This document shows positions 1-12,650 of a stretch of 64,000 bases of DNA, in pieces. The position numbers and the translations under genes are program-made. The stretch is from Mobula hypostoma (taxonomy: Eukaryota), in the NCBI RefSeq assembly GCF_963921235.1, contig NC_086097.1, forward strand, positions 101,558,001 to 101,622,000. The letters are read 5' to 3'. The notes under the pieces are model-generated. The model was not told where the DNA came from. It did no database searches and was given only the letters and a program-made list of their open reading frames with translations. The stretch's first letter is position 1; every line of letters begins with the position of its first letter.

Positions 1-184
1 GGAAACTAACGAAAGATTGTGTTTTTGCATACTCATGCCTTGGTTTATTCACGCAAACTGATTAATTAGTTTAAGTTTTCTTGTTGGTGTCAAATGGAGT
101 TTATTGCCTTATTACGAGGACGGTGAGGTACAGGCACAATGAAAACCTGCTTGAAAACTTGATTTTCATGGAAAAAAAACTTTT

Positions 185-680
185 AATCAGTTTGTTATTA
201 TCATGTGTACCGAGATACAGTGAAAAATTTGTATTTCTATGCCATCTATATAGATGATTTCAAAACATCAGTACATTAAAGTAGTTCAAATGGAAAAGCA
301 ATTGCAGAATGTAGTTACAGTCATGGCAAGTGTGTAGCGTAGGTAGAAAATAAGGTGTATAGGCCCATGACGAAATAGTTAGTGAGATCAGAAGTTCATC
401 TCATCATATGCCAAGTCCTTTCAAGAATCTTATAGCAGCAACATCAAAGCTCTCCATATGCCTGATGTTTTTCTTAGTTAGCCTAGGGTTATGTGGTGTG
501 GAATGTACATTTGTCTTTTTTTTAATGTTGTGATGTGGCAATTTGTGGGGGTTGAATCTAATGAAAGTCAACTTGTGTTTTTTGAGGTAATTCAAGCAGT
601 ATGGTTTGCAGAGATGGGAGTTTATGTCCACAGTGTCTGGTCATAAAGGTTGTCATGAAATTGCAAGATGTGGAATCCCA
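185..680 (-). mobile_element. Rex1/Babar-type LINE 3' fragment, degenerate
   Basis: Tail tgttattatcatgtgtaccgagatacagtgaaaa and body resemble the other Rex/Babar copies in the window. Confidence 0.5.
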
Positions 681-929
681 CAAAGATAGCAATTGGTCCT
701 CAGCTCTTTACAATCTAAATCAAGGCTAGCTGGCAAAATAGAGATATGTAGGGAATTAATAATTGCTACAAAGAGATATGGTATTAAAATCATAAATTTA
801 CCTCCCAGGAGGGGGAGGGCATTTGGCCCATTATGTCAGCCTAATTCTACCTTCCAATTCTGGGCCCTAGCTTTCCAGAAATTAGACTATTTGACCTTGT
901 GTGGAGCATTGAGCCCCATTGCTTCCCCT

Positions 930-1095
930 CGACTTCCTGCGGGTTGTACCTCTCACCCACACACTAGCCAATTAACCCAGCAACTTGCTCAGCTTCGGGG
1001 TGTGAGAGGTAAATCATGGGTAAACACAAGATGGACGCTGCTGGATGTCGGGATTGAACTTGGGTCACCGGAGCGACAATTGTGTTACTGGGCTG
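930..1095 (-). mobile_element. V-SINE (HE1-like) fragment
   Basis: Reverse-complement similarity to the tRNA head and V domain of the SINE at 47326-47620. Confidence 0.45.
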
Positions 1096-1179
1096 TTCAA
1101 AGTCTCATCCAAATTCAATTTAAATGTTATGATGGTCGCTTCCTCTAACAGCCAGGCTTCCACCCCACCATCTGAAAGA

Positions 1180-2170
1180 AACCACTTGGACATATTTTAC
1201 CTCTGATTCTTCTGTCAATTACTTTAATTTTTGATCCTTCTGTTATGAGTGATAGGCCATTCCCATTTATTTCAATTTAGTCCTTCATCTCTACACTTCG
1301 TGAGATTCCCTTTATCCTCATTGTTCTGAAGAAAACAGCACCAGCCTATTCAGTCATTCTATGTATCTGTAGTGTTCCAGCTCCTGCAGTAAATCACCTC
1401 TGAACTCTGAAGTGCAATCACATCTTTAATGTGATGACCAGAACAGTACACAGTATTCAAACTGTGACTTAATATGCACATTGGTTCTCGTATAATTTTC
1501 CAGTCTTGTATTGAGTGCCCTGAGTAATAAAGGAAAATATCTCCTGACTTTTTAATTACTTTATTGACCTATCTTGCTACATGTATGCACTCTCCAAGAT
1601 TCCTTTGTACCTCCACAACAATCAACACCCTGCCATTTATTTTGTATTCCCTTAACTTGTTGCCTATCTCCTGACGGTATTGTCCTGCAGCTCAGGGTTA
1701 AATTCCGTTTGTTCCTCTTCTGCCCATTTGATCAGGTCCTGTATATCTTTTTGAAGTTGAAAGCTTTTCTCTCTCTCTGCCAACCACATGGCCAATTTTT
1801 GTAACATCTGATATTTTTATTACATTACAGTATTACATTTCTATACATGCTGATCTGAATCGTTAATTTGTTTTACAAAAAAGCAAGAAGTCAAGTGCTA
1901 GCTCAATGGAACTCCACAGTTAATAGTCTCCATTCAGAAAAATACCAATTTTCAAGTGCCTCTGCTTCCTAACTAGGCTGATTTTTGGATCGAATATGCG
2001 ATTCTCCCTTTAATCCCAAGATCTATTTACTTTTTTGTTTGTCCAAATTGCCATTTGAGATTTTGTCAAGAATCTTGCTAAAATCCTGGCAGACTACAGC
2101 AAATGCACTGCAATATCCGCATCACCTTCTGAAAGCATTCAACTTCATCCTACACATCCTTCTTTAATAA
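1180..2170 (-). mobile_element. Old CR1 LINE ORF2 and 3' fragment
   Basis: Degenerate EYCVLFWS and DF-K-FDK motifs on the minus strand. Confidence 0.55.
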
Positions 2171-4955
2171 ATCATTAACAGTCCCTGGCTCTCCCCCCCA
2201 CTTATTTTTTGAGGGCTGTTGTTCAGAGCTCATCTATGTTCACCCTTGTTTGTTCCTCTTTCTCCTTATGAAGTTATCTAATAGATTTGGCTTTTGTTTA
2301 GTTTTACCTGAAAGTATATTTCTACTCTTCACTAATTTCCCTTCTGCCATCATGCTATTCTTTCAGATGAAGTGTCCTGCATAGGAATATGACTATTCTA
2401 CTTCATTATATATTTTTTTTAAAAATTGGAAGCTTAAAGAATAATAAATGTTAGTATGCAGAGTGATTTGGGGCATTGTAAAATATGTAAGAATAGCATA
2501 CAGTAAGGAAAGTAGTATATTGGACTTTATGACTAAGCAGGATAGTATGTGATTTGGAGAGGAACTTGTAAGCCTGTTAATGAACGATATGGCCTCTGCT
2601 CTTACATGCAGGGTATTGGTTTGAGATAGTACTTGGCAAAAGCATGGTGAGTTGCTGCAGTGCTTTTGTAGAAGTAGTATTCTTATTCATGATTCACTTC
2701 CATCGTTCTACTGGTTTAAAATAGTTATGAAGAAGGATACGACCAGATCAAGAGCTAAGGCAGTTCTGGTTCAAGATGACGCTGAGCTGTGATGTATGTC
2801 AAGGTCGTGACTCGGATTAGTTGTTTGATAGGTTCATAGAGATAGTTTTGGGGACAATGTGAGGAGTTAGGTCACATTTTAGACTTTGGGGATAGGGATG
2901 AGGGGGAATTGGAGGCCAATGATGTGGGGGTCAGGTCAGCAGGTAAAGACAACGGATAGTGCCACCCCCCCCCCCCCGGTCAAAGGTCTGTTTGGCCAGG
3001 AGGCATGAGTGCTAATGAACCTTCCCCCTAGGGTCTGAGGGCCATGCGAGTCCAGAGGTCAAGATCAGAAATTTAAATTCCCATGGTCGGTGAACTTTGG
3101 GTCAATACCAAACATTGAAGTTTGGAGCCCCTGGGCCAAGGACTCCAGAGGTGGTCTGGCACTGGTGTTGGAGGCCCGTGAGTGGGAGAGTGGGAAAGGG
3201 GCTTGTTTTGCTGCTGATGGTGTTGTTTGTATTGTTCTGCTGAATATCGTGGGCATAATGTGTGGTGACATTTACAGGCAATGCATTTCACTGAATGGTT
3301 TGATGTACATGTGATAAATAAATGGATCTGAATTTGAAGTTTCTGAACTGGGACAGAACAAATTTTGGAGCCATTATGCAGGATCTTGCAGCAGTTTACT
3401 GGGCAAGATTTTTTGCAGAAGTGTCTGCCAAGTAGGAGACCTTAAAAAGTATGATGTCGATTAGGGCTCTGGTTAACAAAAAGAGAGAATCTCTTTATGG
3501 CTGCAGAAGTGTAGGAATGCACTTACGAGAGATGTTGGGAGTGTAGAAAAAGGATAAGAGCTGGCAAGCAGCGAGAACATTTCCAGAAGGTTCTATAGCA
3601 TATTAAGAGTAAAATGATGGCTAGAGAGAGAATAGGTCCCTTTGAAGATCATTGTGGCCTTCTATGTGTAAAACCAAAAGAAATGGTAGGGATTTCTCTT
3701 CTATGGAGAAAACAATGGAAGATAAGGAAATGGGGATAATGAGTGGCTCCACCTTGGACCACGTACAAATTAGCAGGGATGATGTACTAGAGGCCTTTAA
3801 AGTGCATTCAGGTTCACAAATCCCTGAAGCCTGATTGGGTGCATTCGCGGACCTTGTGGGAAGTTGTGGAAGAAATTGCAGAGGCCCTTAAAAAGATTTT
3901 TGCTTCATTTCTGACCACAGGTGAGCTTCCAGAGGGCTGCTAGTGTGGTAACATAAAATGAGTATCAGAAAAAGCCAAGAAGCTACAGGCCAGTGAGTCA
4001 GACATCGTTAAATTGCTGGAGGGGAAATGAAGAACTGGATCTACCAGCACTTGGAGAGACGAGGTCTGATTCATGATGGTCAGCACAGCATGGTACTGTG
4101 TGTGGGAAACTATTCACCCCCCTCAGAAGTTTTCATGTTTTATTGTTTTACAGCATTGATTCACAGTGGATTCAGTTTGGCTTTTTTTTACTCTGGTCAA
4201 CAGCAAAGCACTCTTTCGTATCAAGGTGAAAACAGATCTAAATTAAATTAAAAGTGATCTAAATTAATTAAAAATATAAAACATAAAATAATTAATTACC
4301 TCAGTATTCACTCCCTTTTAATATGACACACCATATCATCACTGGCACAGCCAATTGGTTTTAGAAGACACATAATTAGTTAAATGGAGATCTATTTTTG
4401 GAAACCTGTGTGCAGTCAAGGTGTTTCAATTGATTGTAGTAAAAATACACCTGTGTCTGGAAGGTCCAACTGCTGGTGAGTCAGTATCCTGGCAAAAATT
4501 GCACCATGAAGACAAAAGAACACTCCAAGCAACTCCACAAAAAGGTTATTGAAAAGCACAAGTCAGGAGATGGATCCCTTGGAGTACAGTTAAGTCAATC
4601 ATCAAGAAATGGAAAGAATATGGCACAGCTGTAAATCTGTCTAGAGCAGGCCATTCTCAAAAACTGAGTGACCATGCAAGAAGGGGACTAGTGAGGGAGG
4701 CCACCAGGAGACCTATGACAACTCTGGAGGAGTTACAAGCTTCAGTGGCTGAGATGGGAGAGACTGCACATACAACAACTGTTGCCCAGGTGCTTTATGG
4801 GAGAGTGGCAAAGAGTAAGCCACTATTGAAAAAAAAACTCACGTGACATCTCAGCTGAAGTTTCCCAGAAGGCACGTGGGAGACTCACAAGTCAACTGGA
4901 AGAGGGTTCTATGATCTGATGAAACCAAAATTGAGTATTTTGGCCATCAGACTAA

Positions 4956-6048
4956 TGTGACGACAAACCAAGTTATCAGAAGATTGATGCTGATGAAAGA
5001 GATAAGTGAGACAATGGAGAAACATTCAAAATGCTAATAAGAGAGAAAAGAGAGATTAACGAGAAAGAAACACATTTCAGAATATTAACAGACCGGTTGC
5101 TTTGAAGCTGAACTGTTTGAAGTTTGATGGACAGGCGATACCCCAGCAGGGGGTTAAAAAGAACAGGTTCACTAAGGCACGACACATCACGAGATAACGA
5201 GACCCTGGAAGAGCAGTGTGCCCCCACAAATTGGTAGGAGTTGGAGGTCTGGTTCGAGGGAACCGACCATAGACTGACAGGGTGAAAAGGGACGATCGGC
5301 AGGAACCTGGTGTGTGTGTTCACCCTTGCCTGGGTGCCAGGTTCACTGCGGAAGAACAGTTGTATCCAGAACGGAGGGGTCAGTCGGTGACCACAGAAGA
5401 CATAAAAGGGTTCGCCCAAAGCCAACTGCGAAGAACATCAAAGGTCTGTCTGAATCAAAATTTGCCCTCTCCCCCTCTCCCCCTCTCCCCCTCTCCCCCT
5501 CTCCCCCTCTCCCCCTCTCCCCCTCTCCCCCTCTCCCCCTCTCCCCCTCTCCCCCTCTCCCCCTCTCCCCCTCTCCCCCTCTCCCCTCTCCCCCTCTCCC
5601 CCTCTCCCCCTCTCCCCTCTCCCCCTCTCCCCCTCTCCCCCTCTCCCCCTCTCCCCCTCTCCCCCTCTCCCCCTCTCCCCCTCTCCCCCTCTCCCCCTCT
5701 CCCCCTCTCCCCCTCTCCCCCTCTCCCCCTCTCCCTCTTCTCCCCCCCCCAACGGCACAACAGCGATTACTGCGAACTGTACTAAGCTGAACTGAACTCT
5801 GCATCACTTAAGACTGATCATGATCATTTTACCCCTAGACTGGGATAGAGCTTGGCTGATTCCTGTTACCCTAGTTCTGTGTACACGTGTGTATTAACAT
5901 CGCTAACCTGCTGCATTTACATCCTTACGATTAGAGTACTGTGTTACTTATTTCTTTAATAAAACTTTATTAGTTTCTGTTAAACCAGACTCCCAACTAA
6001 GTGGTCCATTTCTGCTGGTTTGGCAACCCAGTTACGGGGTACGTAACA
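4956..6048 (+). mobile_element. Solo LTR, family A
   Basis: TGTGACG...CGTAACA termini, 4-bp TSD ctaa (4952-4955 and 6049-6052), AATAAA at 5958. Removing it restores the Tc1 sequence. A second copy is at 40011. Confidence 0.92.
5465..5750. repeat. (CCCCCTCT)n pyrimidine tandem repeat, about 35 copies
   Basis: Directly visible 8-bp unit with a few shortened units. Confidence 0.97.
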
Positions 6049-7157
6049 CTAAACACTATGTTTGGTGTGACCCAAACACTGCACATCATCAAAAACACAC
6101 CATCTCTACCGTGAAACATGGTGGTGGCTGCATCATGCTGTGGGGATGCTTCACTGCAGCAGTTCCTGAAGGCTTGTGAAGGTAGAGGGTAAAATGAATG
6201 CAGCAAAATACAGGGAAATCCTGGTGGAAAACCTGATGCAGTCTGCAAGAGAATGGCAATGTGGGAGCAGGCTTGTTTTCCAGCACGACAGTGACCCCAA
6301 GCATAAAGCGAAAGCTATGCAGGAATGGCTTAAAAACAACAATGTTAATGTCCTGGAGTGGCCAAGTCGGAGTTCAGACATCAATCCACTTGAGAATTTG
6401 TGGCTGGACTTGAAAAGGGCTATTCACTCATAATCTCCATGCAATCTGACAGAGTTTGAGCAGTTTTGTTAGGAAGAATGGGGAAAAATTGCAGAGTCCA
6501 GATGTGCAAAGCTGATAGAGACCTATCCACACAGATTCAAGGCTGTAATTGCTGCCAAAGGTGCATCTACTAAATACTGACTTGAAGGGGGTGAGTAATT
6601 ATGCAATCAATTATTTTGTGTTTAGTAATTGTAATAATTTTAGATGGATTTGTAGAAATTTGTTTTCATTTTGATATGAAAGTTTTTTCTCTTGATCCGT
6701 GTCAAAAAAGCCAAATTAAATCCACTCTGATTCAATGTTGTGAAACAATAAAACATGAAAACGTACAAGGGGTGTGAGTATGTTTTATATGCACTATGTC
6801 TGGCCGATTTCTTGCCGTTCTTCAGGGAGGTAACCAGGATGGTAGATGAAGGTAGGGCAATGGATATTGTCTATATGGATATTAGCAAAGCTATTGATTT
6901 GTTCCATCATGGCAAACTAGTCTGGAATGTTAGATTGCATGGGATCCAAAGGGAAATATTGGATTGGATTCCCAATTTAGTGTTAGGAAGCAGAGGGTGA
7001 TATCAAGATTTGTTTCTTGAACTGGAGGCCTGTGTTAACTGTTGTGCCACAGGGATTGGTGCTGCAACCTATGTTGTTTCTAACATATAAGCGATTTGCT
7101 GTGAATGTACAAGGCATGGGTAGTAAGTTTGCAGATGATACTAGACTAGACTTTGAA

Positions 7158-7460
7158 GTTAATAACTCATCTCCTCCTACCTTAGGCCACGAACTTATCA
7201 ATCACCCCTGATGAGTTATTAACCTCAAACTTTCTGCATGATCACTAAAAGAGATCACTAAAACTGCATGTGCATGTAACGAGAGCTGTATGACTAATTC
7301 CTTCTACCGTAGGCCATGAACTTATCAATCACCCCTGCTGTGGGCATGACCGCTGGACTGAGTGTGTAAATGTAGGAGGGGACTGTTGAAAAATAAATGT
7401 GCTAGGTTTTCTAAAATTGACTCCTACTTTAGGCCACAAATTTATCAATCACCCCTCGTA
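7158..7460 (+). mobile_element. Mariner-type MITE right end with a triplicated TIR motif
   Basis: Ends ...ttatcaatcacccctcg-TA (reverse TACGAGGGGTGATTGATAA, mariner-like). A 28-bp motif occurs at 7182, 7309 and 7429. Confidence 0.6.
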
Positions 7461-8217
7461 CATATTTGGTCTACTGCCATAAAAATGCAGGATGTGTTTG
7501 GCACAGGTGGGGTGCAGCATTTTCACTAGATTGGCACCAGAGTAGCAGTTTGGATGTGTGAAGATAGAGCAGACTTAAATTAAATTCTGTAGAGTTTGGA
7601 AGAACAGGACAGAATCTCATTGGAACATACAGAGGTCCTATAGGCCTCAACAGATCAGATGCAGGGAGGATGTAGTCCCTGGTTGAAGAGAGAAAACCGA
7701 AATCACAACGTCAGGATAAGGAATGAGTTATCTAGGATAGAAATGGGTTGGAATGTCTTCATTGAGAGTAGAGTGTGTTTTCTTCGAAGGATGAGGCTCC
7801 ATCAAGCTCTTGTGTTCTTGTATTCGAAACAACAATTGATATATTATTGGCTATGGAGGTGTACCATCTGTCCCAACTTTACAAATGTTTTTCTAAACAT
7901 CTGCAATTCAGTTTTGTCCATAAGTCAGAAAATATGTCTGCACATAAAATATGCAACTGGTAGACATGCTGCTGAGGTGGAGGCAATTAGTTCTGAATTC
8001 TTTTTAAACTAAAGCTATATATCAAATGATGATGGAACTATTCTTCTAAATTTCCTTATAACCTCAAATATTTTTGTTAACACTCCTATGAGCCCAGGTA
8101 TATCTTGCATCACAAATTTTTAGTTTGTTTTGCGTATCAGGTAGGGGGAGGAAAATGGGGGAACAAGAAGAGGATTAAATGCAGAGCTTTTAATATGATT
8201 CCCTTTTGTCTTCTCAG

Positions 8218-8305
8218 TCTCACACTATTTTGCTAGTTCAGCCTACCAAAAGGCCTGAAGGGAGAACTTATGCTGATTATGAGTCAGTAAATGAATGTAT
8301 GGAAG
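8218..8305 (+). CDS. ERH: Enhancer of rudimentary homolog, coding exon 2
   Basis: ttctcag| acceptor, then 88 bp translating [30 protein letters not shown], then |gtgag donor. Matches the vertebrate ERH N-terminus. Confidence 0.97.
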
Positions 8306-8708
8306 GTGAGTTCTCCTCCATTGTTTTGAATGCCATAGTTACAAGAATTTGCATTTCTGTTTCTGTGTTATGACCTCTGAATAACTCAGTCAAATACCTG
8401 TGGTCAAGGATATATGCAGACATCCCACCCTGCAAAAACTCATTTCAGGGAGGTAGCACCCCCACCCCCCACAACCCCATAATCCCCCTCCCCCGTCAAC
8501 CTCCAAGGGTGTATGTAATACTTTGTTTAATGATTTTGTCTAATCTGTAAACCAAGTTGGGTGTATGCAGAAAATGTGACATTAAAGTGTGTACATATAT
8601 TATCATGTTTATTCTATTACAACTTTAAGCAAGTCTACAGGGAGTTTGGCCTCATCATGTAGGACATCAATAGCGTAGCTCCTTGGCAGCTAGCCAGCTG
8701 GTTTAAAT

Positions 8709-8755
8709 CAGGGGTCCCCAACCTTTTTTGCACTGCGCACCGGTTTAATATTGAT
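8709..8755 (+). mobile_element. hAT (Charlie-like) MITE left end, truncated
   Basis: caggggtccccaacc TIR; no matching right end found. Confidence 0.5.
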
Positions 8756-9369
8756 TAGTTTAATTTGCCAGCATTTGTTATTTGAATTTTGGTTCTGAAT
8801 CAGATTATGAGGGAGAAATGCACTTCCTGTTTCAGTACCATCATTGTCTTCTAATCTCACAACCAAATGATGGCCTTTGTGATAGTGCAGCACTATCTGT
8901 GTGCTTGTGTTGTCAGCCAACAGCTTGCAGCGGGGTTAGAATCCACACTGGGATTTTCTTTTTAAACTGTACACCACGTTGTCCCCAGCCAACAGTTCTT
9001 TTGGTGGCAACTTTATCTTTTTGCTGTTTTTTTAAGATTCCATGCAGATAGTTAATAGAAAGGACGAGAGCAACTCTATATATTAAAGAAGGAGACTATC
9101 CTGAATAGATTTTAATTTTTTTGAGGGAGATGTGGAGTGGGGAGATGAGATTAGGTAAATACTGACGTAAACTAAGTAAGTAGGAGAAACTTTGAAAAAG
9201 TACTTTGCATCTTTCTCCAGTGAAAAGGTCTAAGGTCATCCTAATAATGGTAAAGCAGGATACAGAGAGGATCAAGGATAACTTAAAGCTTGATATAATT
9301 ATGAGGGCCATAGACATAGACGGTCAGAGACTTTTTCCCAGCACATAGTCTAGAACTTTAACAAAGGCA

Positions 9370-9730
9370 AAGGGCGTATGTAATATTTGGTCCCGGAGGG
9401 CTGAAGAAGGAATTTGATAGGAAAGGAGAGTGTACCGTGGGACAAAGGGAAGGAGGAGGGGCACCAGGGGCAGTAATATGTAGGGTGAGGAGAAGAGAAG
9501 AGGTAAGAGAGGAGCCAGAGTGGGAAAGGAAGAAAAGGGAAGGGGGAGCGGGAAAATTTACCAGTTAGAGAGATCGACATTCATGCCTCATCGTGGCAGT
9601 AGAGGAGGCCATGGACCAACATGTTGGAATGGAGATTGGAATTAAAATGGTTAGCCACCGGCAGATCCTGCTCTTTGCAGATGGAGCAAAGGTGCTCAGT
9701 AGAGCATGTCAGGTCTCACTGGTGGTTGGA
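9370..9730 (-). mobile_element. Penelope-like element 3' fragment, degenerate
   Basis: Similar to 17600-18100 (ttcatgcc, gtagaggaggcc, ggaattaaaatg) with a purine-rich tract. Confidence 0.6.
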
Positions 9731-9864
9731 AGGCTGCATCAGGCTGGCATTGTGGGGTCCTCTACAGACAATACATCACCCTAGTGGCTGCAAGGGGAAA
9801 AGAATGGTGCGGAGTTGCTCCAAGGTATGGAGATAGATGTGTCCATTCATCCACAGCAACTGGT

Positions 9865-10418
9865 TCATAGAGCATAGGGAAAAATACAGGCCCTTCAACC
9901 AAAAATGTTGTGCTGACCATGTAACCTACTCTAGAAGCTGCCTAGAACTACCCTACTGCATAGCCCTCTATTTTTCTAAGTTCAATCTACATTTCTAAGA
10001 GTCTCTTAAAAGACCTTATTGTATCTACCTCTATAACCATCAGTGGTAGTGCATTCCATGTACCCACCATTCTCTTAATGAAAAACTTACCACTAACATC
10101 CCTTCTGTACCTACTTTCAAGCACCTTAAAACAATGCCCTTTATGTTAGCCATTTCAGCCTTGGGAAAAAGCCTTTGGCTATCCACACAATCAATGCCTC
10201 TCATCATCTTATACACCTCTAACAGGTCACCTCTCATCCAAGGGGAAAAGGCCAAGCTGACTCAACCTATTCTCCAATCCAGGCAACGTCCTTGTAAATC
10301 TCCTCTATAGTATCCACATTTGCCCAAAGTGAGGTGACCAGAACTGAACACAATATTCCAAATCGGGTCTGACCAAAGACTTGTATAGCTGTAACATTAT
10401 CTCACGGCTCTTGAACTC
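9865..10418 (-). mobile_element. CR1 3' end
   Basis: EVYKMMRGIDCVDSQRLFPKAEMAN. Same subfamily as 14365-14855 and 46655-47182. Confidence 0.85.
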
Positions 10419-10419
10419 A

Positions 10420-10840
10420 AAAAGATTTCAGTCGCTGTGGCTGGAGGGGCCGCAGGTTTGAGTCGCTGGGTCCTGATGCTCTTAATGAGTCTATAGACGG
10501 GAGGCCAGTTCCTGTGTTGTGCTGAGCTCTATCCACAACTCTGCGGTTTCTGCAGTCATGTGCAGAGCAGCTATCATACCAAGCTGTTAAGCTTTCAGAT
10601 AGAATACTTTCTCTTGTGCATTGATAAAAATTGGTAAGAGTTGACTGGAACACACGAATTCCTGTAGCCTCCTGAGTACATAGTGATGTTAGTCAGCTAT
10701 CCTGGCTGTGGCATCAATGTGCTTGAACCAGGAAAGGCTGTTTGTGATGTTTACACCTTGGAACTTGAAGCTCTCCGTCTCAACACCATTGATGTAGATA
10801 GGAGCATGTGTACCATCCCCACTTCCGAAATCAATAACTG
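10420..10840 (-). mobile_element. Rex1/Babar LINE fragment
   Basis: TLTNFYQCTRESILSESLTAWY motif (ORF 10417-10653). Confidence 0.7.
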
Positions 10841-11076
10841 TGGTGCCAGTAATATGGTTTTATTTAACTGAATATGCTGACTGCAAACAGTTTTATTCTT
10901 TAAGTGTTCGGACTAACCAATGCTTGAAGCTTTTCCTCCACTGATGCTGACAGATAAGGTCAATCTACAGCATCTTACACTCTTAGTTGAGGCATAATAC
11001 TGTGGAGTGAGCTAGTTACTTTAGAGTCGAAATTACAGAAATTAAATCTTTCTCTCTGCCTCCCACCACTTACTAG

Positions 11077-11197
11077 GTGTTTGTAAAATGTATGAAGAGC
11101 ATTTGAAGCGAATGAATCCGAACAGCCCATCAATCACATATGATATAAGCCAGCTCTTTGATTTCATCGATGATTTGGCTGACCTCAGTTGCCTTGT
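11077..11197 (+). CDS. ERH: Enhancer of rudimentary homolog, coding exon 3
   Basis: tactag| acceptor, then 121 bp translating (G)[39 protein letters not shown](V), then |gtaagt donor. Phases are compatible with exons 2 and 4. Confidence 0.97.
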
Positions 11198-11575
11198 GTA
11201 AGTATAATCCACTTAAGTTTCTTGCTAGAATTGGCTATCAATAATAGTGCTGTATTGTACGCTTTTGCTTCAAATGTGCAGTGGTGCTCTGCTCACCTGT
11301 CCCGCTCTTAGCTTGCAGAAGCACCAACTTGCTCCAGTGTGGTATGTTTAGCAGTTCCAGGTGGCAAGCATGTTCTGTGTGTGGAAGTGCTATCGGTCAA
11401 GATACTGAACCCATTTATACTGTCGTCTTCTGTGTATTAGGGTCCTATTTTGTTTGTTAGATAACACAGAGGCAGACACGATGTATCGTGACAGGAAGAT
11501 GGTTGTTTTGAATACTAGATACAGAGCTCAGTCTTGTGCTATGACATTGTCATAGCATCTGTTATGTGTCTACAA

Positions 11576-12200
11576 GCTCAAGTTTAATTTTGAGTTTCTC
11601 AAGTTTAATTGTCTTTCAACCATACAAATGAATACAGTCAAACGAAAGAGAGTTCCTCCGGGGCCAGATGCAAAACACAGAAAAGACAGTCACCTATGGC
11701 ACACAGCACGGAGTGTGCATATAGTTACAAAAGAAGAAAAACATGGTCACAGAAATATATCGCTCAGATCCCTGAGTGCCATTGCCTGTTGATGATGTTG
11801 CAGTCGTCCTCATCACATGCTAGTGCAGCCACAGACAAATGCAATCCAGCTTCCTCTCCACCAAATGAACACTGGGGGGCAACATTTACAGGAGGAGCCA
11901 GCCTCAACCTAGCATGGATTCCAGCTGTTTCCCACTCTGGCCTCTCCTTCCCTTGGCAGCTGCAACTGGTGACCCCCACAGCCTGATGGCTTAGTCTCCA
12001 CAACACGTAGCTCCCCCACTGTTAATCTCACCAGTGAACTGAACTTGCAGAATTCTGTATTATCAGTGTCCAACATGGTCTTGTGATCACAATAAAAATG
12101 TCCAGGACAATCATTTCCACTGTTTGACTGTGCACCGCCTTCCTCCTTGGTTGGCTGTAGCTGCCAGCAACACAGTGCACAAGCCCGGTTCCACTGCCAT
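11576..12200 (-). mobile_element. Non-autonomous element with a Rex1/Babar-type 3' tail
   Basis: Tail tttaattgtctttcaaccata...aacgaaa..gttcctcc is shared with the Rex/Babar at 20164 and with 60335. The body is non-coding. Confidence 0.5.
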
Positions 12201-12412
12201 TGAACAACTCGCCAGAAGGGCAGCTCTTGATGTTCTCAATATCTTGCCATCACATAGAAGGTAAGATTGCAAACACAATAGGTGCTAATCTCCCTCACAA
12301 AATGACAGGTTCACTTCCCAATGCATTAAATCCCATATGAGAAACATGTTACACTGCCTGATTTTTTTTCTTTGACTGATGTTATTCTCTCCTGGTAGGG
12401 TCACATGTAAAT

Positions 12413-12650
12413 GGGTGATACAGTAGTACAGCTGGTAGAGCTGTGTTACACAGCTCCAGAAACCCAGGTTGAATCCTGACCTCAGTTGCTGTCTTTCTGG
12501 ATGTTCCACACCTATGTAGGTACCTGAGTGAGTGGGAGGAGGAAGATGGTGACAATGTGGAAAGATTGATTAAAAAAAAGAATTAGCATGGGATTGGTGC
12601 GAAAGGTTGGGCTAAAAGGCCTTTGTTCTTGCTGTGTGACCCTGCCTTCT
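12413..12650 (+). mobile_element. V-SINE-like tRNA-derived SINE, degenerate
   Basis: Head with A/B-box remnants (cagctggtagagc, ggttgaatcc) and a CR1-like tail. Confidence 0.45.

Larger units (their letters stand above)
4111..6796 (+). mobile_element. Tc1-family DNA transposon of IR/DR type, defective, interrupted by a solo LTR
   Basis: Terminal inverted repeats of about 210 bp (4111-4318 and 6584-6796), each with two tattcaccccc-type direct repeats. Transposase remnant runs from ATG 4506 (MKTKEHSKQL) to TGA 6580 with SDETK, QHDSDPKH and INPLENLW (DD34E). Confidence 0.92.
3345..7157 (+). mobile_element. Old CR1 ORF2 fragment (3345-4110 and 6797-7157), split by a Tc1
   Basis: NYRPVS before the Tc1; DEGRAMDIVYMD and SKFADDT after it. 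The CR1 sequence resumes collinearly. Confidence 0.75.

Noticed and set aside
693..1148. 151-aa ORF
   Set aside because: Non-AUG start, overlaps a SINE remnant and has no recognisable protein features.
2644..2652. ATG|gtgagt as possible ERH exon 1 (the ERH first exon contributes only ATG)
   Set aside because: It lies in CpG-poor, repeat-like sequence with no promoter features. ERH normally starts in a CpG island, probably upstream of this window. It cannot be excluded without transcripts.
5282..5807. Pro/Ser-rich and Gly/Arg/Glu-rich ORFs in five frames
   Set aside because: Artefacts of the stop-free (CCCCCTCT)n repeat.
7208..7230. CTGATGA followed by a small hairpin, as a possible hammerhead
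   Set aside because: No GAAA after the hairpin and no stem I partner.
7182..7458. Three 28-bp direct repeats resembling a CRISPR array
   Set aside because: Vertebrate DNA, spacers of about 90-100 bp, no cas genes, and the last repeat is a mariner-type terminus ending in TA.
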